Positions 1 to 8,015 of a stretch of DNA of 33,506 bases are shown piece by piece (position 1 is the stretch's first letter; every line of letters starts with the position of its first letter). Where the stretch lies: IMG/VR virus record IMGVR_UViG_3300020422_000001, positions 1 to 33,506 of that record. One strand, given 5' to 3'. The stretch is from a virus. Taxonomy: Duplodnaviria; Caudoviricetes. Position numbers and translations under genes: made by a program. Under the pieces are notes generated by a model. It was not told where the DNA came from. It saw only the letters and a program-made list of their open reading frames with translations, and did no database searches.

Positions 1-195
1 TCAAAGCTTGCACAACTTGCTACTAACATGCAGCAAATACTAGAGCAGCAGAAAGTTTTACTAGATTTAAGATCACAGGTTGACAAAGCGACTACAATAA
101 CAGATACTATAGGAGACAAGCTAGACGTAATCCAAACAGAGATAGATGATATTTGGAAAGCGTATGATAGCATGGCTGAAAAACCTTTAGGATAA
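1..195 (+). CDS. Partial CDS (C-terminus), coiled-coil hypothetical protein
   Basis: Open frame 1 reads SKLAQLATNMQQILEQQKVLLDLRSQVDK...IDDIWKAYDSMAEKPLG with TAA at 193-195, 2 nt before the next ATG. It has a heptad-like pattern and is not in the ORF track. Confidence 0.75.
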   Translation, partial: SKLAQLATNMQQILEQQKVLLDLRSQVDKATTITDTIGDKLDVIQTEIDDIWKAYDSMAEKPLG

Positions 196-197
196 AA

Positions 198-818
198 ATG
201 CAAAGAGATACAGTACCGTTATTTGCGACACCAGTGTTTGTGACAAAACAACCTGACGCTGAGTGGCACAATAAAGAATGGTTAGATAAAGCATTATCTT
301 TACAGTACAGAAAAAACAAGGGTAACTGGGCTTCTGTAGAAACTAACGTTTTAGATTTGCCAGATTGGAAACTACTAAAAGATGTTGTTCAAACAGAGCT
401 TGATTTAATTCTTAAAGATTTTTATAAGTTAGATTTAAGTAATATAAAACTAGTAGTTACACAATCTTGGCTTAATGTAAACAATGACTCTGAATATCAC
501 CCTATGCATACTCATACAAACAGTATGTTATCTGGGATAATATATTTAAATACAAGCGAAGAAGACGCTATTCGTTTTACAGATAACAAGTTTAATACAA
601 GAATGTCTTTTGTATCAATACCTAATATGGTTCTACCTGTAAAAAAAGGTGACATCATACTATTTGATTCTCAATTACCTCATAGTGTAGATGCTGCCAA
701 AAGAAAAGAAAAGCGTGTATCTTTAGCTTTTAATACTTTTGTAGTAGGCGAACTAGGTAGTGAAGACGGCTTGAGCTTTGTGAATATTGAAAACGTAAGA
801 GGAGTTACAAATGGCTAA
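198..818 (+). CDS. 2OG-Fe(II) oxygenase superfamily protein (TIGR02466-like)
   Basis: SWLN..HPMHTH..LSGIIYL, ILFDSQLPHSV and RVSLAFN match the HxH...H...RxS pattern typical of marine phage 2OG oxygenases. Confidence 0.85.
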   Translation: MQRDTVPLFATPVFVTKQPDAEWHNKEWLDKALSLQYRKNKGNWASVETNVLDLPDWKLLKDVVQTELDLILKDFYKLDLSNIKLVVTQSWLNVNNDSEYHPMHTHTNSMLSGIIYLNTSEEDAIRFTDNKFNTRMSFVSIPNMVLPVKKGDIILFDSQLPHSVDAAKRKEKRVSLAFNTFVVGELGSEDGLSFVNIENVRGVTNG

Positions 819-1080
819 ACCTGCAAAAGGTAAGATGTTTGCCAAGACAACTACTAACCCTAAGACTGGACGTAAGATCAAAGTAAGCTACGGTCAAGCA
901 GGTAAAGCTAAAGACGGTGGTAAGCGTATCAGACCAGGAACTAGCAAAGGTGATTCTTACTGTGCAAGAAGTGCAGGACAAATGAAGAAACACCCAAAGG
1001 CAGCAAGAAATCCTAACAGCCCACTACGTTTATCTAGAAAAAAATGGAAGTGTAGTGGAACAAAATCTAGGAGAGCATAA
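811..1080 (+). CDS. Small basic phage protein (DUF6321-like)
   Basis: Lys/Arg-rich with SYCARS..PNSPLRLSRKKWKC motif. RBS GAGGAG upstream, overlaps the oxygenase stop. Confidence 0.7.
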   Translation: MAKPAKGKMFAKTTTNPKTGRKIKVSYGQAGKAKDGGKRIRPGTSKGDSYCARSAGQMKKHPKAARNPNSPLRLSRKKWKCSGTKSRRA

Positions 1081-1262
1081 TGGCAGAACCTAAAAACAAA
1101 GCACTGTACTCTAGAGTAAAATCAGAAGCTAAAAGAAAGTTTAAGACATGGCCCAGCGCATATGGGTCAGCATGGTTAGTCAAAACCTACAAAGCACGTG
1201 GGGGTACTTACAGCAAGGGAGGCAAAGTTGCAAAAGTCAAAACACGTACTAGAAAGTCGTAG
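1080..1262 (+). CDS. Small basic protein (DUF5872-like, N-terminal half)
   Basis: LYSRVKSEAKRKFKTWPSAYGSAWLVKTYKARGGTY motif. TAATG translational coupling. Confidence 0.7.
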   Translation: MAEPKNKALYSRVKSEAKRKFKTWPSAYGSAWLVKTYKARGGTYSKGGKVAKVKTRTRKS

Positions 1263-1491
1263 AGCTTACGGTAAAGGTGGACTTACTCAGTGGTTCAAAG
1301 AAGACTGGCGTGACGTAAAGACAGGTAAGAAGTGTGGACGTTCTGGAAAGAAAGACAAGAACAGACCATATCCAGCTTGTAGACCTGCAAAGGTAGCAGG
1401 TAGAATTAGTAAAGCTGAAGCAGCAAAGAAAACTGGACCTAAGAAAGTTAAATGGTCAGTAACAGCATCAGGCAAGAAAAGAAAAGCATGA
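1228..1491 (+). CDS. Small basic protein (DUF5872-like, C-terminal half); probable TTG start at 1228
   Basis: GLTQWFKEDWRDVKTGKKCGRS..YPACRP motif. GGAGG at 1218-1222 precedes the in-frame TTG. Confidence 0.65.
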   Translation: MQKSKHVLESRRAYGKGGLTQWFKEDWRDVKTGKKCGRSGKKDKNRPYPACRPAKVAGRISKAEAAKKTGPKKVKWSVTASGKKRKA

Positions 1492-1787
1492 CTAAAAAGA
1501 AAGACCCAAAAGTAGGAACAGGTAAAAAACCTAAAGGGTCTGGACGTAGATTATACACAGATGAAAATCCTAAAGATACGGTAGGTATAAAGTTTGCAAC
1601 AATGGCAGATGCAAAATCTACAGTAGCAAAAGTAAAAAGGATAAATAAACCTTACGCAAGAAAGATACAGATATTGACTGTAGGTGAACAACGTGCTAAA
1701 GTGATGGGCAAGACAGCAATAGCAAATGTCTTCAAATCAGGAAAAGCAGACTTGCGAAGGAAACACAATGCCTTATCTAACAAGTAG
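1488..1787 (+). CDS. Basic hypothetical phage protein
   Basis: ATGA overlap with the previous stop gives MTKKKDPKVGTGKKPKGSGRRLYTDENPKDTV... Confidence 0.7.
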   Translation: MTKKKDPKVGTGKKPKGSGRRLYTDENPKDTVGIKFATMADAKSTVAKVKRINKPYARKIQILTVGEQRAKVMGKTAIANVFKSGKADLRRKHNALSNK

Positions 1788-2454
1788 TATACCATATTTT
1801 AAAGCATGGGTACGTAGAGAATACACAAAGAATATGGAAGACTATCATGGCGACTTTCTACACGCTATGGTAATAGGCGTTACTACAATGCCAAACAGAA
1901 CACTGAGCTTTCAGGTTATCTTTACAGGTTGTGAAACAGATGACGATGATGATGCTCAAAACGTACATGGTGGTGCTATGTGGGCTAGAATGCCACTGAC
2001 CGCACTAGTAGCTGATACACCGTTGGATGAATGGCCTGAAGAGTTACCACCATATTTAGCACAGCCTTGGGATTGTATGTCTCATACACACTCTGTGTAT
2101 CAACTACAACGTGCAACCCCAGCGCCTTGGATAGCTAAGATAGACAACGAGTTCTATCCTGCTAAATACTACTTTACTGTAGACTATACAGATAACGAAG
2201 TAGCAGATGACCCTGCCCAGCATAAACAATCACACGTGCTGGAGTTACTAGATGCAGGAGAATACACTGGTAACATGGTTGCGTTACCCAATAACAGAGT
2301 GAGAGTAACTCACCCAGCTTGGTTTGAAACAGGACAAGGTGCGCCAGACTTCAAGCCAAATCAACATATTTACAACTCAAAAGAAAACGTAGACTATGTA
2401 TGGGATACGCAACGAGTTTTCAACAATCTTTATAGCGAGGATACAGATCAATGA
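1768..2454 (+). CDS. Conserved hypothetical phage protein (Trp/His/Cys-containing, enzyme-like)
   Basis: Start MPYLTSSIPYFKAWVRREYT at 1768 follows AAGGA. Globular composition with HGGAMWARMP, QPWDC and QHKQSH motifs. Confidence 0.75.
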   Translation: MPYLTSSIPYFKAWVRREYTKNMEDYHGDFLHAMVIGVTTMPNRTLSFQVIFTGCETDDDDDAQNVHGGAMWARMPLTALVADTPLDEWPEELPPYLAQPWDCMSHTHSVYQLQRATPAPWIAKIDNEFYPAKYYFTVDYTDNEVADDPAQHKQSHVLELLDAGEYTGNMVALPNNRVRVTHPAWFETGQGAPDFKPNQHIYNSKENVDYVWDTQRVFNNLYSEDTDQ

Positions 2455-2798
2455 AGCATAAGAAAAAAGGTTACGCCAAGGGAGCCATGATGAAGAAAAA
2501 AGGTATGGCTGCTGGTGGTGCTAAACTTAAAATGGTAAAGAACAAAGAAGGGAAGATGGTTCCTTTCTATGCTGCTGACGGTAAAGGTAAGATGTATGGC
2601 GGTGGCATGGCTATGAAAAAGAAAGGCATGGCAAAAGGCGGCATGAAGAAAAAAGGCTACGCCAAAGGTGCTATGATGAAAAAGAAGGGCATGGCTAAAG
2701 GTGGTATGAAGAAGATGGCAAGAGGTGGATTCTTGGCTCCTGCTGCTAGACCACTAAAGATGCGTAAAAAAGGCATGGCTAAAGGCGGTAAACGTTAG
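2451..2798 (+). CDS. Lys/Met/Gly-rich repetitive basic protein (protamine/histone-like)
   Basis: Eight KKKG[MY]AKG[GA]M-type units. RBS GAGGA and ATGA overlap. Confidence 0.75.
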   Translation: MKHKKKGYAKGAMMKKKGMAAGGAKLKMVKNKEGKMVPFYAADGKGKMYGGGMAMKKKGMAKGGMKKKGYAKGAMMKKKGMAKGGMKKMARGGFLAPAARPLKMRKKGMAKGGKR

Positions 2799-2802
2799 TA
2801 TA

Positions 2803-3156
2803 ATGGCAACTAAGTATTTTACAGCAGTCAAAGATCTGAGTGCCACAGCAGGTGGCGCAAGTGGTGATGTTGTATATACTTGTCCTGCTAACCATGTATC
2901 AGTAGTTAAAACTATTTTTGTATCAAACGGTGCGTCCTCTGCAAAGAAGTATAGTCTTCAGTTGTATGACGCATCAGCTACTTCCTATCTTACTATAGCA
3001 GATGAAACAACTGTAGCAGCAAACACAAATGATTTTGTTGTGCAGGGTGGTGCTTGTATAGCACTTCAAGCAGGCGATAAAATAGTAGCATTTGAGGAGT
3101 CATCTTCTGACTTTCATATAACAGTATCAGGTGAAGAGTATTTCAAAGGCACATAA
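2803..3156 (+). CDS. Hypothetical protein, probably beta-rich and virion-associated
   Basis: 117-aa ORF with phage codon usage and VYTCP / LQAGDKI motifs. Confidence 0.7.
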   Translation: MATKYFTAVKDLSATAGGASGDVVYTCPANHVSVVKTIFVSNGASSAKKYSLQLYDASATSYLTIADETTVAANTNDFVVQGGACIALQAGDKIVAFEESSSDFHITVSGEEYFKGT

Positions 3157-3203
3157 CGGATATGCAAAAATAGGTACTACTAACTGACCTATATTTAAGT
3201 ATA

Positions 3204-3234
3204 ACTATCTCCGCACACAAACAAAGGAGATAGT
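3204..3234 (+). promoter_or_regulatory. RBS-sequestering hairpin of the DUF1127 gene
   Basis: Perfect 9-bp inverted repeat ACTATCTCC (3204-3212) / GGAGATAGT (3226-3234). The 3' arm contains the SD sequence. Confidence 0.65.
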
Positions 3235-3237
3235 GCT

Positions 3238-3399
3238 ATGAAAAACTTTTTACAAAAACTTTGGAATAACCATTGTATTAGACAACAAAAACGTGCAGAC
3301 TTTCGTATGATGCATATGATGACCGACAGAGAATTAAACGACTTAGGCATAGGTCGGTCACAGATAAGGGAAGTAATATATGGCAAGGAATCTAACTGA
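3238..3399 (+). CDS. DUF1127 (YjiS/CcaF1-like) small protein, 53 aa
   Basis: MKNFLQKLWNNHCIRQQKRADFRMMHMMTDRELNDLGIGRSQIREVIYGKESN carries the [LM]xDxxLxDxGxxRxxI signature. RBS AAGGAG. Missed by the ORF track. Confidence 0.85.
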   Translation: MKNFLQKLWNNHCIRQQKRADFRMMHMMTDRELNDLGIGRSQIREVIYGKESN

Positions 3400-3748
3400 A
3401 AAGCAACAAAGATTCTTAGATGTACTATTTGATGAAGCTAATGGTGATGTTGTCGCTGCTAAAAAACTGGCAGGTTACGGCGATAACAGCAACACTGCAG
3501 CGATTGTTGAATCTTTAAAGGATGAGATTGCTGAAAAGACTCGCACATATTTTGCACGCACTGCACCAAAAGCTGCTATGGCTATGGTTGGTGCGCTCTA
3601 TGATCCTACGGAATTAGGTATCAAAGAAAAGATGGTAGCTGCTAAAGACTTACTTGACAGGGCAGGTCTTGGCAAAGTAGATAAAGTAGATGTCACCTCT
3701 GGGGGTGGCATTTTCTATTTACCACCTAAAGAAGGTGACAATCAATAA
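3380..3748 (+). CDS. Terminase small subunit candidate
   Basis: N-terminal LTEKQQRFL...AAKKLAGY HTH-like motif of TerS, AAKDLLDRAG near the C-terminus, positioned upstream of TerL. Confidence 0.6.
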   Translation: MARNLTEKQQRFLDVLFDEANGDVVAAKKLAGYGDNSNTAAIVESLKDEIAEKTRTYFARTAPKAAMAMVGALYDPTELGIKEKMVAAKDLLDRAGLGKVDKVDVTSGGGIFYLPPKEGDNQ

Positions 3749-4177
3749 GTGATCCCACAAAGAGAGTTAGGCTTTTGGCAATTACCCAAACCGCCTAAGA
3801 AACACAACAAACAATGGCATCCCATAGTAAGAGTAACTCAAAAGGTTCCATTCGGCTATGAGGTAGACCCAAACAACGATAAGCTACTTGTGCCAGTTGA
3901 GCATGAGCTAGAAGCGTTAGAGCTTGCAAAACAACACCTCAAGCAGTATAGTTACAGAGCAGTAGCGCAGTGGTTGAGTAAAGAAACTGACCGATACATA
4001 TCTCATGGAGGTCTAAAGAAGAGAATAGAAGTTGAGCAAAGACGTAGAAAAGCATATGAAATTAAGCGTAAGCTTGCCAAGTGGCTCGAAGAAACGCTTT
4101 CGGAAATCGAAAAGCTCGAAAATCAAGGAGTCGGTGCATACTCAGAAGCTTGCGGAACCACTCGCCCCCCAAGTTGA
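3749..4177 (+). CDS. DNA-binding protein with a recombinase-domain-like (PFGY + HTH) fold
   Basis: VPFGYEVD..ELEALELAKQHLKQYSYRAVAQWLS resembles the DNA-binding domain of serine recombinases, with no catalytic domain. GTG start. Confidence 0.55.
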   Translation: MIPQRELGFWQLPKPPKKHNKQWHPIVRVTQKVPFGYEVDPNNDKLLVPVEHELEALELAKQHLKQYSYRAVAQWLSKETDRYISHGGLKKRIEVEQRRRKAYEIKRKLAKWLEETLSEIEKLENQGVGAYSEACGTTRPPS

Positions 4178-5621
4178 TACGGTTCCAGCGCAAGTAGTAG
4201 CCCCTGACTATGACGTTGAAGAAGCACAAGAAGTAGTATTCAGACCCAATGCTGGGCCACAAACAACTTTCTTGAGTTCTTCTGAAAGAGAAGTATTATA
4301 TGGAGGGGCAGCAGGTGGTGGTAAATCTTACGCTATGTTGGCTGACCCATTACACGGCCTGAACAATCCAAACTTTTCTGGACTCCTTGTACGACACACA
4401 ACTGAGGAACTAAGGGAATTAATACAGAAGTCACAGGAGTTATACCCACGTGCAGTTCCGGGTATCAAATGGTCAGAGCGTAAGTCACAGTGGATATCTC
4501 CTAAAGGTGGAAGACTGTGGATGTCGTATTTGGATAAAGATACCGATGTCACACGTTACCAAGGACAGGCTTTTAACTGGATTGGATTTGACGAACTTAC
4601 TCAATGGCCTACACCTTACGCTTGGGATTATATGAGGTCACGTCTTCGTAGCGCACATGGTAAAGACTTAGGACTTTACATGAGAGCCACAACAAACCCA
4701 GGTGGTGCAGGACATGCTTGGGTTAAGAAGATGTTTATAGATCCTGCCCCTGCAGGTAAATCTTTTTGGGCAACAGACATTGAATCAAGTAAGACAATTA
4801 CATTCCCTAAAGGACACAGCAAGGAAGGTCAGCCTTTATTTAAGCGTAGGTTTATTCCTGCGTCACTCTTCGATAACCCATACCTTGCCGAAGAGGGTGA
4901 CTATGAAGCCATGCTCTTATCACTACCAGAGCAACAGAGGAAGCAACTCCTTGAAGGAAACTGGGATATTAGCGAGGGAGCAGCCTTTCCCGAATTTGAC
5001 AGAACTACCCACGTTATCGAACAGTTTGAAGTTCCTGACAACTGGGTACGTTTTAGGGCGTGTGATTACGGTTATGGCAGTTATACTGGGGTTCTTTGGT
5101 TTACTATATCTCCTGATGAGCAGCTTATAGTATACAGAGAAATGTATGTATCTAAAGTCACAGCCACAGACTTGGCTGATATGATATTAGAAGCTGAACG
5201 CCATGATGGTGGAATGAGATACGGTGTGCTTGATAGCTCTTTGTGGCACAACCGAGGCGATACTGGGCCATCACTAGCTGAACAAATGATCATGAGGGGT
5301 TGTCGATGGCGTCCATCAGATCGTTCAAGAGGCTCACGTATCGCAGGTAAAAACGAAATACATAGGCGACTAAAGGTAGATGAGTTTTTAGAAAAGCCTA
5401 TGTTAGTATTTATGGACAACTGTGTTAATACTATATCACAGATACCAAGCATCCCACTGGACAAAAAGAATCCAGAGGATGTTGACACCAAAGCAGAAGA
5501 TCACTTGTATGATGCATTAAGATATGGTATCATGACTAGACCAAGAAGTAACATATGGGATTACAACCCTGCTAAACAAAGATCAGGATTTCAAGCCAGT
5601 GATGCAACATTCGGATACTGA
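4032..5621 (+). CDS. terL: Terminase large subunit (true start probably downstream, e.g. GTG 4134)
   Basis: Walker A YGGAAGGGKS, Walker B WIGFDELTQ, coupling motif RATTNPGG, nuclease motifs ACDYGY and EDHLYDALRY. Confidence 0.95.
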   Translation: MSKDVEKHMKLSVSLPSGSKKRFRKSKSSKIKESVHTQKLAEPLAPQVDTVPAQVVAPDYDVEEAQEVVFRPNAGPQTTFLSSSEREVLYGGAAGGGKSYAMLADPLHGLNNPNFSGLLVRHTTEELRELIQKSQELYPRAVPGIKWSERKSQWISPKGGRLWMSYLDKDTDVTRYQGQAFNWIGFDELTQWPTPYAWDYMRSRLRSAHGKDLGLYMRATTNPGGAGHAWVKKMFIDPAPAGKSFWATDIESSKTITFPKGHSKEGQPLFKRRFIPASLFDNPYLAEEGDYEAMLLSLPEQQRKQLLEGNWDISEGAAFPEFDRTTHVIEQFEVPDNWVRFRACDYGYGSYTGVLWFTISPDEQLIVYREMYVSKVTATDLADMILEAERHDGGMRYGVLDSSLWHNRGDTGPSLAEQMIMRGCRWRPSDRSRGSRIAGKNEIHRRLKVDEFLEKPMLVFMDNCVNTISQIPSIPLDKKNPEDVDTKAEDHLYDALRYGIMTRPRSNIWDYNPAKQRSGFQASDATFGY

Positions 5622-5751
5622 AGTAGTACAGTCTTGCCCTAAGTGTGAGATAACTTACAATACGAATATGTGGATCACCTGTCCTAATTGCCAAGAGCAA
5701 GCGGCTTTTAATAACGGACCTTGGAAAGAAAGGAAGACAGCTAATGGCTGA
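5602..5751 (+). CDS. 49-aa zinc-ribbon micro-protein
   Basis: MQHSDTEVVQSCPKCEITYNTNMWITCPNCQEQAAFNNGPWKERKTANG has two CPxC motifs and overlaps both the terL stop and the portal start. Confidence 0.6.
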   Translation: MQHSDTEVVQSCPKCEITYNTNMWITCPNCQEQAAFNNGPWKERKTANG

Positions 5752-7849
5752 AGAGATGTTTGAAACAGATGATGTAGTATCAGCAGAAAAAGCTGACGAC
5801 AAACTGTTTAAAGAAAAGAGTGGTGTAGTATCCTTTGTTAAAGAGAGATACAAAAGATCAGAAGATCACCGCTACGCAGATGAACAAAGATGGTTAAAAG
5901 CTTACCGTAACTACAGAGGTTTGTACGGATCAGATGTACAGTTTACAGATGCAGAAAAGTCACGTGTATTTGTAAAGGTTACCAAGACCAAAACACTAGC
6001 AGCATACGGACAAATAGTAGATGTATTACTGGGTAACAACAGGTTCCCACTATCTGTTTCTCCTTCTACTTTACCAGATGGTGTAGCAGAATCTGTACAC
6101 ATCAACATAGATCCTAAAGCAGAGCAAGCAGGTGCTGATGCTTTCAGTGGCATGGCATCGACACCACCAAGACCTTACTTGATAGACGGTGATACAGATC
6201 TTCAGCCAGGTGAAACTATGCAAACACTAGAGGCACGTCTAGGTGGCATGGCTGATAAGCTTGCACCCCTATCTGAAAAGATCATAGAAGGTGATGGCAC
6301 TACAGCTACGACAGTTACATTTCATCCTGCAATGATTGCAGCTAAGAAGATGGAAAAGAAAATCCATGATCAGCTACAGGAAAGCGGAGCCAATACACAC
6401 CTAAGAAGTATGGCATTCGAAATGGCACTACTAGGTACTGGTGTTATGAAGGGTGCTTTTGCTGTAGATAAAGAGTATCCTAACTGGAACGAAAATGGTG
6501 AGTATGACCCTATAGTAAAAACCGTACCTGAGTGTACACATGTAAGTGCATGGGATTTTTACCCTGACCCTGAAGCAAAGTCTATGGAAGACGCAGAGTA
6601 CACTGTACAGCGACACAGAATGTCACGCACACAACTACGCAAACTAAAATCACGTCCATACTTTGTTGACGATGCAGTAGAAGAAGCCATATATAAAGGA
6701 CCAGACTATACTCAGAAGTACTGGGAAATGACTATGGAAGACGATGATACTCAACCAACATCAGAGCGTTGGGAAGTATTAGAGTTTTGGGGATACGTAG
6801 ATGTAGATTTACTAAAAGAACATGGCGTAGCTATACCTGCAGAACTAAAAGACTTAGACGAGGTTAACTGTAATGTATGGGTAAGTAATGGTGAGGTACT
6901 AAGGTTTGTACTAAATCCATTCAAACCTTCACGCATTCCATACTATGCTGTACCATATGAGCATAACCCATACTCTTTCTTTGGTGTTGGTATTGCTGAG
7001 AACATGGATGATACACAGACATTGATGAATGGCTTTATGAGAATGGCTATTGACAATGCTGCACTATCTGGAAACCTTATCATAGAAGTAGATGAAACCA
7101 ATTTAGTTCCAGGTCAAGACCTTTCTGTTTATCCCGGAAAGATTTTTCGAAGGGCAGGAGGCGCACCGGGACAAGGAATTTTTGGCACTAAGTTCCCTAA
7201 TGTAGCAGGGGAGAACATGCAACTATTTGATAAAGCGAGGCAATTAGCAGATGAATCTACAGGTTTCCCATCTTTTGCACATGGTCAAACAGGAGTTTCG
7301 GGAGTGGGCCGTACTGCTTCTGGAATCAGTATGCTTATGTCTGCTGCTAACGGCTCTATCCGTACCGTTGTTAAAAATGTGGATGATTATCTCTTAAAAC
7401 CATTAGGTAAAGCATTCTTTGCATTTAACATGCAGTTTGATTTTGATGAAAGCATAAAGGGTGACCTAGAAGTAAATGCATCTGGTACAGAAAGCTTGAT
7501 GGCTAACGAAGTACGTAGCCAACGCTTGATGCAATTCTTACAGGTTGCACAGAATCCAGTGCTTGCACCTTTTGCTAAGATGGATTACATCATTAGAGAA
7601 ATAGCTAAGAGCATGGATTTAGATCCTGACAAGGTTACTAACTCTATGGCAGACGCACAAATACAAGCTGAGATACTTAAAGGTTTTGCAGCACCACAGC
7701 CAGATCCTGCTGCACAAGCTGAAGGTCAGGGCGTACAAAGTGTAGCTGATACAACAGGAGGTGGAGGTTCACAAGTAGGTATAGGCACAGCGCCACTACC
7801 TGAAGAACAAGGATTTACAGGAAATGCACCTCAAGCAGTTGGTCAATGA
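5744..7849 (+). CDS. Portal protein (podoviral, P22-like)
   Basis: 701 aa directly after terL, with WDFYPDP, FFGVGIAE..Q..N..R..IDN and RTASGISML motifs. Confidence 0.9.
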   Translation: MAEEMFETDDVVSAEKADDKLFKEKSGVVSFVKERYKRSEDHRYADEQRWLKAYRNYRGLYGSDVQFTDAEKSRVFVKVTKTKTLAAYGQIVDVLLGNNRFPLSVSPSTLPDGVAESVHINIDPKAEQAGADAFSGMASTPPRPYLIDGDTDLQPGETMQTLEARLGGMADKLAPLSEKIIEGDGTTATTVTFHPAMIAAKKMEKKIHDQLQESGANTHLRSMAFEMALLGTGVMKGAFAVDKEYPNWNENGEYDPIVKTVPECTHVSAWDFYPDPEAKSMEDAEYTVQRHRMSRTQLRKLKSRPYFVDDAVEEAIYKGPDYTQKYWEMTMEDDDTQPTSERWEVLEFWGYVDVDLLKEHGVAIPAELKDLDEVNCNVWVSNGEVLRFVLNPFKPSRIPYYAVPYEHNPYSFFGVGIAENMDDTQTLMNGFMRMAIDNAALSGNLIIEVDETNLVPGQDLSVYPGKIFRRAGGAPGQGIFGTKFPNVAGENMQLFDKARQLADESTGFPSFAHGQTGVSGVGRTASGISMLMSAANGSIRTVVKNVDDYLLKPLGKAFFAFNMQFDFDESIKGDLEVNASGTESLMANEVRSQRLMQFLQVAQNPVLAPFAKMDYIIREIAKSMDLDPDKVTNSMADAQIQAEILKGFAAPQPDPAAQAEGQGVQSVADTTGGGGSQVGIGTAPLPEEQGFTGNAPQAVGQ

Positions 7850-8015
7850 TAAAGAATGTTACGAACAGTTTCAACAACATATAGATGATTTAATTTATAT
7901 AAGACAACGTGCGTTGGAAACAGCACACGAACCGCATGTTATACACAGACAGCAGGGTGCGATAGACGTACTTAGGAAATTAAAGTTACTGAGGGAGACA
8001 GTAAACAGTGGCTAA
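7824..8015 (+). CDS. Small hypothetical protein after the portal
   Basis: 63 aa with HRQQGAI..L motif, overlapping both neighbours. Confidence 0.7.
   Translation: MHLKQLVNDKECYEQFQQHIDDLIYIRQRALETAHEPHVIHRQQGAIDVLRKLKLLRETVNSG

Noticed and set aside
3195-3386. 63-aa minus-strand ORF
   Set aside because: It is the antisense shadow of the + strand DUF1127 gene, which has an RBS and a family motif.
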